Of a stretch of DNA of 64,000 nucleotides, positions 57,562 to 64,000 are shown piece by piece (position 1 is the stretch's first letter; the number at the start of each line of letters is the position of its first letter). Made by a program: the position numbers and the translations under genes. The stretch covers positions 448,001-512,000 of the forward strand of contig CBDBOV010000001.1 of the NCBI GenBank assembly GCA_965208575.1. The letters are read 5' to 3'. The notes under the pieces are model-generated. The model made no database searches and was not told where the DNA came from. It saw only the letters and a program-made list of their open reading frames with translations. Origin of the DNA: Spirochaetia bacterium. Lineage in GTDB: Bacteria > Spirochaetota > Spirochaetia > SZUA-6 > Bin103.

Positions 57562-58518
57562 ATGGCTGACGTGCGGATGGCAGCGGCGCGTACGGTGGGG
57601 CGGCGCCGCGGACGGCTGCTGGCGCGGATTCGCGGCAACTGGCAGCTCTACCTGATCCTGTCGGTCCCCATCGCCTTCTTCGTGATCTTTCACTACCTGC
57701 CGATGTACGGCGCGCAGATCGCGTTCCGGGAGTTCATCGCCATCAAGGGCATCTGGGGCAGCCCGTGGGTGGGCGTCGACCAGTTCGTCAAGTTCTTCCG
57801 CTCCTACCAGTTCACGCGCGTGGTGGGCAACACCGCCGGCATCGCCGTCTACACCCTGGTGGCGGGGTTTCCCATCCCGATCATCCTGGCGCTGCTGATC
57901 AACAACTCGGAGGCGCCGCGCTTCAAGAAGACCGCGCAGATGGTCACCTATGCGCCGCACTTCATCTCCACGGTGGTGATGGTGGGGTTGCTGCTGCAGT
58001 TCCTGTCGCCCCGCTACGGCGCCGTGAACGCGCTGATCAAGGCGCTCGGCTTCGAGCCGGTGCACTTCATGGGCGAGGCCGGCATGTTCTGGAGCGTGTA
58101 CGTGTGGTCGGGCATCTGGCAGGAGGCGGGCTGGGGCACGATCATCTTCCTGGCGGCGCTGGCGAGCATCGATCCCACCCTGCACGAGGCGGCGATCGTG
58201 GACGGGGCGAGCAAGCTGCAGCGCACCTGGCGCATCGACGTGCCCGGCATCCTGCCCACCGCGGTGGTGCTGCTGATCCTGCGCATGGGCCAGCTCATGA
58301 ACGTCGGCTTCGAGAAGGCGCTCCTGATGCAGAACCCGCTCAACCTGCAGGCCTCCGAGATCATCCAGACGTTCGTGTACAAGATCGGCATCGAGTCCAA
58401 CCTGCCGGCGTACTCCTACTCGTCGGCGATCGGCCTGTTCAACTCGGTGATCAACTTCGCGCTCATCATCACCGTCAACGAGATCGCCAAGCGGGTGAGC
58501 AACACCAGCCTGTGGTGA
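57562..58518 (+). CDS. carbohydrate ABC permease (LplB-like)
   Basis: FHYLPMYG.QIAF, SPWVG, YAPHFIS, EAAIVDGA. Confidence 0.93.
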   Translation: MADVRMAAARTVGRRRGRLLARIRGNWQLYLILSVPIAFFVIFHYLPMYGAQIAFREFIAIKGIWGSPWVGVDQFVKFFRSYQFTRVVGNTAGIAVYTLVAGFPIPIILALLINNSEAPRFKKTAQMVTYAPHFISTVVMVGLLLQFLSPRYGAVNALIKALGFEPVHFMGEAGMFWSVYVWSGIWQEAGWGTIIFLAALASIDPTLHEAAIVDGASKLQRTWRIDVPGILPTAVVLLILRMGQLMNVGFEKALLMQNPLNLQASEIIQTFVYKIGIESNLPAYSYSSAIGLFNSVINFALIITVNEIAKRVSNTSLW

Positions 58519-58543
58519 GGCGGGCGAGGGGGGTCATGAGGCG

Positions 58544-59431
58544 ATGGCCATAGAACGCAGCCAAGGCGACCGCGTCTACCAGTGGTGCAACAACGCCCTG
58601 CTGGCGCTCGCCATCGCGGTGGTGCTGTATCCGCTGATCTACGTGCTGTCGGCGTCGTTCAGCTCCACGCGGGCGGTGCTCGGCGGGCGGGTGTGGCTGT
58701 GGCCGGTGGAGCCGACCCTGCTCGGCTACCAGACCATCTTCGACTACGCGCTGATCTGGCGCGGCTACGCCAACACCGTGTTCTATACCTTCTTCGGCAC
58801 CATCATCAACGTGGTGCTGACCATCATGGCCGCCTACCCGCTGTCACGGCGCGACCTGGTGGGCCGCAGCCTGTTCATGTTCCTGATCACCTTCACGATG
58901 ATTTTTTCCGGCGGGCTGATTCCGACCTACCTGCTGGTGCGCGAGTTGGGGATGATCAACACGCGCTGGGTGATGATGATCCCCAACGCGATCGCCGCCT
59001 GGAACGTGATCATTACCCGCACCTACTACCAGACCACCATCTCCGACGAGCTGCTGGAGGCGGCGCAACTCGACGGCTGCAGCGACGCCCGCTTCATCTG
59101 GCAGATCGTGGTGCCGCTGTCGGGCGCCATCACCGCCGTCAACACCCTGTTCTACGCCGTCGGCCACTGGAACGCGTTCTTCAATGCCTTCATCTACCTC
59201 AACGACGACCGCCTGTTCCCGCTGCAGATCGTGCTGCGCGAGATCCTGATCGCCAACGACATCGACCTGGAGCTGACCGGCGACGTGATCGACGACGAAG
59301 CGCGCCAGGGCCTGCGCGAGCTGCTCAAGTTCTCGCTCATCGTGGTGGCCAGCGTCCCGGTGCTGATGATGTACCCCTTCGTCCAGAAGTACTTCGTCCG
59401 CGGCGTCATGATCGGCTCCATCAAGGGCTAA
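58544..59431 (+). CDS. carbohydrate ABC permease (LplC-like)
   Basis: AAYPLSR, FSGGLIPTY, EAAQLDG, YPFVQKYFVRGVMIGSIKG. Confidence 0.93.
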   Translation: MAIERSQGDRVYQWCNNALLALAIAVVLYPLIYVLSASFSSTRAVLGGRVWLWPVEPTLLGYQTIFDYALIWRGYANTVFYTFFGTIINVVLTIMAAYPLSRRDLVGRSLFMFLITFTMIFSGGLIPTYLLVRELGMINTRWVMMIPNAIAAWNVIITRTYYQTTISDELLEAAQLDGCSDARFIWQIVVPLSGAITAVNTLFYAVGHWNAFFNAFIYLNDDRLFPLQIVLREILIANDIDLELTGDVIDDEARQGLRELLKFSLIVVASVPVLMMYPFVQKYFVRGVMIGSIKG

Positions 59432-59530
59432 GCAGCCCGTGGCGAAACTCCGGCTGCATTCGAGCGGCGATCCATCCCGTCTGGCTGCGTTGCTCCTCGC
59501 TCCCATATACACGGATATGCTCGTTCGTCG

Positions 59531-61528
59531 TCGCGCCAGGCCAAGCCTGGGGAAGGAGGAAGATGAAATAGACATCAGAAACCTTTCTTAGCCACCCCGT
59601 GGGTAGCCAATCCCATCCGGTAAAGCATAGCAAGCAGCCGGAAGCGAGTCTTGCGTCGGCAGGGGCGACCCTGAGGGCGAAGCGTAGACAGCGACCGCAG
59701 AAGCCGTGTGATTGAGCCTCGAAAGGAGAATGCTCGCTGGGGCCTTCGTAGTCGACAATGCGGGGGCAGCACCGTACGTGCCGAAATGGCGAGGCACGGC
59801 GGCCCGGTCGGGGTCGGAGAGCAGGGCAGATGCGGAGCGGGTGGCCCAGGAACCTGGGAGAGCTCGATGTCTCCATGACGGGAGAGCCGGAGGGACGCCG
59901 GCACACCAACGTCCGGGCCTGCACGGGAGAGCGCCCGTGAACGTGCAGGAGCGAAGCAGCGGGTGCGGTCGTGGTACCGCCAAGCGAAGGCAACGAAGCG
60001 CGGCGGGAAGGGCAACGAGCAGTCTTAGCGCCCCCATAGTACCGAGGAAGCGGGGGAACGGTCGCCGCACCGGACCCGGCGGAGGGAAGGAGGGCGTCAA
60101 GTCGTAGAACTGGTGCGGGGAAACATGGAGGATGCGATGGAATCCGGGAACGTGTTAACGAAACAGCAGCAGATAGCAGAGAACGCGAGAATCCACGCCG
60201 GCGTGGCATTCACGTCGCTGGCGTATCACATGGATCTGGAGTGGCTGTACGAAGCCTACCGGCGTACCCGGAAGGATGGTGCAGTTGGAGTTGACGAACA
60301 GACTGCCGAGCAGTACGGGGAGAACCTGGAGCAGAATTTGAAATCACTGCTGGAGCGGGCGAAGGCGGGAACGTACCGCGCGCCGCCGGTAAGGCGGGCG
60401 CACATTCCGAAAGGGAAGGGCGGAGAAACCCGCCCGATCGGGATACCGACCTTCGAGGACAAGGTACTTCAGCGGGCGGTACAGATGCTGCTTGAGCCCC
60501 TGTACGAGCGAGACTTTCTAAGCTGTGCACACGGCTTTCGCCCGAAGCGATCGCCGCACACGGCGCTGCAAGCACTCTGGGACCAGATGATGGGTCAAGG
60601 GGGCGGTTGGGTGATAGACCTGGACATACGAAAGTATTTCGACACGCTGTCACACGCTACCATGCGCACGATTCTGGCACAGCGGATGCGAGATGGAGTG
60701 ATCACACGATTGATCGGAAAATGGCTAAAGGCAGGGGTCATGGAAGATGGCTCAGTGACCTACCCGGAGCAGGGGACACCGCAAGGTGGCGTACTATCGC
60801 CGTTGCTCAGCAATGTTTATCTGCACGAGGTACTCGACCGATGGTTCTATGAGGTGGTCCGACCGCGCCTGCGGGGGCGGGCGTTCCTGGTGCGTTTTGC
60901 GGACGATGCGGTACTGACGTTCAGCGACCGGCGCGATGCCGAGAACGTGCTGCGCGTGTTACCAAAGCGCTTCGCGAAGTACGGGTTGACCGTGCACGAG
61001 GAAAAGACACGGATGCTTCAGTTTCGACCGCCGGGAGGGAACGCGACAGCCCACCACGGGGCGAGTTTTCCATTCTTGGGATTCACGCACTATTGGGGGC
61101 GCTCGCGCAACGGGAAGTGGATCGTGAAGCGGAAAACCGCCTCCGACCGGCTGACCCGTGCGTTACGAGCACTCGCCGTGTGGTGTAAGCGCCATCGGCA
61201 CGAGCCTCTGCGGGCGCAGCAAGCGGCCCTCCGGCGCAAGCTGCTGGGCCACTATGGGTATTACGGCATTACCGGCAATGGGCGCTCGTTGGGGTACTTC
61301 CACGACGCCGCCAAGCGCCTCTGGTTGAAGTGGCTGAACCGGCGCGGTGGACGACGCCTCACGTGGGCCTGCTTTGCGCGGTTGCTGGCCCGATATCCGC
61401 TGCCGGCCGTTCGTGTCGTCCAGTCCATCTATGCAGCGAACTCTACGACCTGAGGAACCGTGTGCGTCAATCGCGCTCGCACGGGACTGTGGGGGCCTGG
61501 GGCGGGCAACCGCCCTGGGCTACCCGGA
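59531..61528 (+). mobile_element. group II intron (endonuclease-less, class E/F-like)
   Basis: Structured 5' leader, RT ORF, DV-like hairpin at 61455-61487, DVI with GCAA loop and bulged A at 61522. Removal restores GTCG|CGCCTTGCCAGC as in the copy at 44516-44531. Confidence 0.88.
60113..61453 (+). CDS. ltrA: group II intron reverse transcriptase/maturase
   Basis: RT0 GAVGVD, IPK...RPIGIP..EDK, GFRP, DLDIRKYFD, GTPQGG.LSP, RFADD, FLGF and domain X. No HNH domain. Confidence 0.95.
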   Translation: MRGNMEDAMESGNVLTKQQQIAENARIHAGVAFTSLAYHMDLEWLYEAYRRTRKDGAVGVDEQTAEQYGENLEQNLKSLLERAKAGTYRAPPVRRAHIPKGKGGETRPIGIPTFEDKVLQRAVQMLLEPLYERDFLSCAHGFRPKRSPHTALQALWDQMMGQGGGWVIDLDIRKYFDTLSHATMRTILAQRMRDGVITRLIGKWLKAGVMEDGSVTYPEQGTPQGGVLSPLLSNVYLHEVLDRWFYEVVRPRLRGRAFLVRFADDAVLTFSDRRDAENVLRVLPKRFAKYGLTVHEEKTRMLQFRPPGGNATAHHGASFPFLGFTHYWGRSRNGKWIVKRKTASDRLTRALRALAVWCKRHRHEPLRAQQAALRRKLLGHYGYYGITGNGRSLGYFHDAAKRLWLKWLNRRGGRRLTWACFARLLARYPLPAVRVVQSIYAANSTT

Positions 61529-61563
61529 CGCCTTGCCAGCCGGGCGCCTCGCCGCTCTCGGTG

Positions 61564-62742
61564 CTACGCCGGGTTCCACCACGGGCTGCTAGCCGGCAAG
61601 CTGGCGTCTGGCGCTGGCGGGGCGTGGTCGACGACGTGGGTCATCAGCGACGGGATGCCGGCCATCCAGACGACCGGCGGCAGTTGCCCCGGCGGGGTCC
61701 ATATGTAACCCAGCCGGTGCAACTCCTCGCGCGCGGCCAGCCGGGCAGCGGCGTCGGCGCCGGTCGTGGCCAGGGCCGCGTCGATGGCGTGGTCGGAGAC
61801 GGCGGCGCCGGATTGGAACAGCGGCGCCGTCGCCGCGGCCGCGGGCAGCAGGCCGCGCCCCTCCAGTTCGCGATAGCGATCCTGGTAGTAGTCGGTAACC
61901 CTGGCGGCCACGTCGGCGCGCGCCGCGTCCGCGTGCGCGGTGGTGAGCCGCGTCGCGCCGGTGGCCAGGCGCTGCTGCCAAAGGGCGCGCCCCCAAACCT
62001 GGATGAAGTACGGGTAGCACTGGCTGTCCTCGACTACCGCATCGACGGCATCGGCGTCGATCGCCACGCCGTGGGCGCGCAGCGGCTCGACCAGGGCGGC
62101 GCGCGCGGCCGCGGCGCTCAGCAGACCGATGCCCAGGCGGCCTTCGTCCAGCCGACTCCAGAAGGACGCGTTCATGGCGCCGAGATGCGCCGCCAAACCC
62201 GGCGTGCCGGCGAGCACCAGCAGGAACGGGGCGTCGCCGCGCACCTGTTGACTGGCGTTGAGCAGCGTTCTGCCCACCCCGAGATCGAGCGTGTGCGCCT
62301 CGTCGAGCAGCACGGCAAGCGGTTTCTTGCGGCACCGAGCGGTCAATTCCGCCCGCAGGTTCCGCACGCCCCCGGACGGCGGCGCCCATTCGACCGAACC
62401 CACGGCCGCCACACCCACCTTCCGGGGCAGCAGTTTCATCACCGCGGACGACGGCGACAGGACGTCGATCAGCGCTTCCCGCGTGGAGATGTCGTCGGGT
62501 GTCGCGGCCACCACGTCCACTTCCGTAGCGTGGTCGCGGCAGGTGCGCTCGAACCAGCCTAGCAGCACGGTCTTGCCGTTGCCGCGCGGCCCGGTCAGGA
62601 CGACGTCGTGCGGCGGGGACGTGCCGCCGAGCAGGTCTGTCAGACACCGGGTCAGTACTGCCTGCTCCCGTTCGCGCCCGGTAAGCGCCGGCGGCATGGC
62701 ACCCGTACCGGGAGTGAATACGCGCTGTTGCGCCTCCGTCAT
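61564..62742 (-). CDS. AAA (archaeal-type P-loop) ATP-binding protein
   Basis: FTPGTGAMPP.L.GR, GPRGNGKT, LLDEAH, YPYFIQ.WG. The last codons read into the MITE end. Confidence 0.85.
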   Translation of the reverse strand: MTEAQQRVFTPGTGAMPPALTGREREQAVLTRCLTDLLGGTSPPHDVVLTGPRGNGKTVLLGWFERTCRDHATEVDVVAATPDDISTREALIDVLSPSSAVMKLLPRKVGVAAVGSVEWAPPSGGVRNLRAELTARCRKKPLAVLLDEAHTLDLGVGRTLLNASQQVRGDAPFLLVLAGTPGLAAHLGAMNASFWSRLDEGRLGIGLLSAAAARAALVEPLRAHGVAIDADAVDAVVEDSQCYPYFIQVWGRALWQQRLATGATRLTTAHADAARADVAARVTDYYQDRYRELEGRGLLPAAAATAPLFQSGAAVSDHAIDAALATTGADAAARLAAREELHRLGYIWTPPGQLPPVVWMAGIPSLMTHVVDHAPPAPDASLPASSPWWNPA

Positions 62743-63077
62743 GCCGGCGAATACGGCACCACGGCGACTCCCTGCAGACGAGAAGCCGAATCCGCGGTCA
62801 AGCTTCGTGACACCGAGGCAAGCGATTGAGCCATCAGGTTGTCGTCCATGGTGGATCATCGGCCAAGGCAAGTCAAGCTCAGTTCGCTCAGCCCCGCGGG
62901 GCGCGCCGCGATCCTTGCCATCGAGAGCTGGCGCACAAGCGCTCGCGATGCGGGGTCCGTCCGGGCCGTCCTCCGGAGCGCCATGTTGAACGGCACCCGG
63001 CATTTCGGTAAGGTTTCAAGCGCCCCGGCACGGCGATGAACGGCTCAGCCGACCGGCTGGGAACATGGAGTGTTTCG

Positions 63078-63515
63078 ATGAGTACGGTTCTCGACGAAGT
63101 CACCAGCGAAGCCATAGACGCGACGCACGTACGGCGGCGCGTCGATGACTGGGAAGAGCGCTTGAACGGACTCTACGAGACGATCGGTGACTGGTTGCCG
63201 GACGGGTGGGTCGCCCGGCGCGGCGCCCCGGTGCTCATGCACGAAAAGCTGATGCGCAAGTTCGGTGTCGCGTCGAGACCGATGCCCACGCTCGAGCTCC
63301 ACGACCGGACCGGCCAGTTCGTCAAGCTTGAACCGCATGCATTGTGGATCATCGGCAACAACGGCCGGGTCGACGTGAGACGCGACGGTCGCCGCTTCCT
63401 CATCGTCGATGCGGCCGACAACTTCGAAGAACCGGACTGGCAGGTGGCTCGCGACGACCAGCGGCGCCGCCTCGAGTCCGTCACGCGCGATTGGCTGATA
63501 CGGTTCCTGGGGTGA
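63078..63515 (+). CDS. conserved-looking hypothetical protein
   Basis: GGAG SD and globular composition (RVDDW..RL..LY, EE/EKLM, LWIIG.NGRVD). Confidence 0.7.
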   Translation: MSTVLDEVTSEAIDATHVRRRVDDWEERLNGLYETIGDWLPDGWVARRGAPVLMHEKLMRKFGVASRPMPTLELHDRTGQFVKLEPHALWIIGNNGRVDVRRDGRRFLIVDAADNFEEPDWQVARDDQRRRLESVTRDWLIRFLG

Positions 63516-63688
63516 GCGACCTTCAGGCCATCGCGGAATCCTACCAACGGATCGACAGCTATCTCGGAGACTTGCGCGATAGCGTGCGCAACCAGATCGC
63601 CCACGGCACTCTTCTCTCCGAACGCATCGACGTGTCCAGCGAGATACAGGACTTCTTTCGTATTCGGTCATCGCTGGCGCGGGAGTGA
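63512..63688 (+). pseudogene. HEPN-like remnant
   Basis: 58 aa, coupled to the upstream stop, with RNQIAHG (Rx4H). Too short for a full HEPN fold. Confidence 0.5.
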
Positions 63689-63757
63689 GCGACATGGCCG
63701 GCCGATCGTAGTGGTTGGAGGCCCGCAAGCGGCCGCGGGTCGCGGTGTGCGGACCGG

Positions 63758-64000
63758 TCAGTCGACCAGCGGCAGGGTGGCCGTTGCGGTGAGGCCCTTC
63801 ATCGTCTGGTCGGCGTGGCGGATCATCGTGTCCGGGTCGGCCGCGTCGTTGGAGTTGTCCATGTCCATGCCGGTGCACGTAGCGCGTTCGTCGATCCGAT
63901 GAAGTTCGCGCCATACCACGACGAAGTCCTCCACGCGCTGCAGGGGCTGGGAGATCCCGCGTTCGGTCGACATATGGCCAAGGACCGCGGTTCGTCGCTC
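63758..64000 (-). CDS. C-terminus of an unidentified protein
   Basis: Open frame from the window edge to TGA at 63758 with GC3-rich codons. Confidence 0.5.
   Translation of the reverse strand, partial: ERRTAVLGHMSTERGISQPLQRVEDFVVVWRELHRIDERATCTGMDMDNSNDAADPDTMIRHADQTMKGLTATATLPLVD

Larger units (their letters stand above)
59431..61590. mobile_element. MITE-like palindromic element (~162 bp) split by the group II intron
   Basis: Terminal IRs AGCAGCCCGTGG (59431-59442) and CCACGGGCTGCT (61579-61590) in CTA/TAG context. Halves are 59431-59530 and 61529-61590. Confidence 0.75.

Noticed and set aside
60113-61453. Retron, DGR or CRISPR-associated RT
   Set aside because: RT0, domain X and DV/DVI RNA structures identify a group II intron. 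No TR/VR pair, msr-msd or cas1 is visible.
1-64000. CRISPR array, tRNA or rRNA genes
   Set aside because: No repeat-spacer periodicity or recognisable structural RNA gene found by eye. The repeats seen lack unique spacers of CRISPR size.

Overview
High-GC bacterial window dominated by accessory catabolic genes: four Cys-type sulfatases, two DUF2961 proteins, PhyH-type dioxygenases, SDR/AKR/Gfo-Idh-MocA oxidoreductases and peptide-type and sugar-type ABC transporter parts. It also carries fabF, prs, a split MoxR/DUF58/DUF4129 module and a sigma-54 two-component system. The gene mix and the A-G-G/E-E-type binding-protein N-termini suggest a spirochaete-like, possibly sponge-associated symbiont (inference only). 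Mobile and defence content: a partial DDE transposase at the left edge, an IS3 element with a 4-bp target duplication inside a decayed binding-protein gene, Rpn-like and Uma2 nucleases, a Fic protein, a HEPN-MNT pair, several pseudogene fragments, and a group II intron. The strongest signal is that intron (59531-61528). It appears to have non-canonical, mutually compensating ends and catalytic core (5' UCGCG, 3' GA, AAC triad, J2/3 UUA), and it sits inside a ~160-bp palindromic MITE-like repeat whose empty-site copy lies at ~44424-44578. A lower-GC DUF6338-like membrane protein plus short Pro/Gly peptide cassette is a second candidate system. No rRNA, tRNA or CRISPR array was recognised. All family calls are from motif recognition by eye, without database searches.
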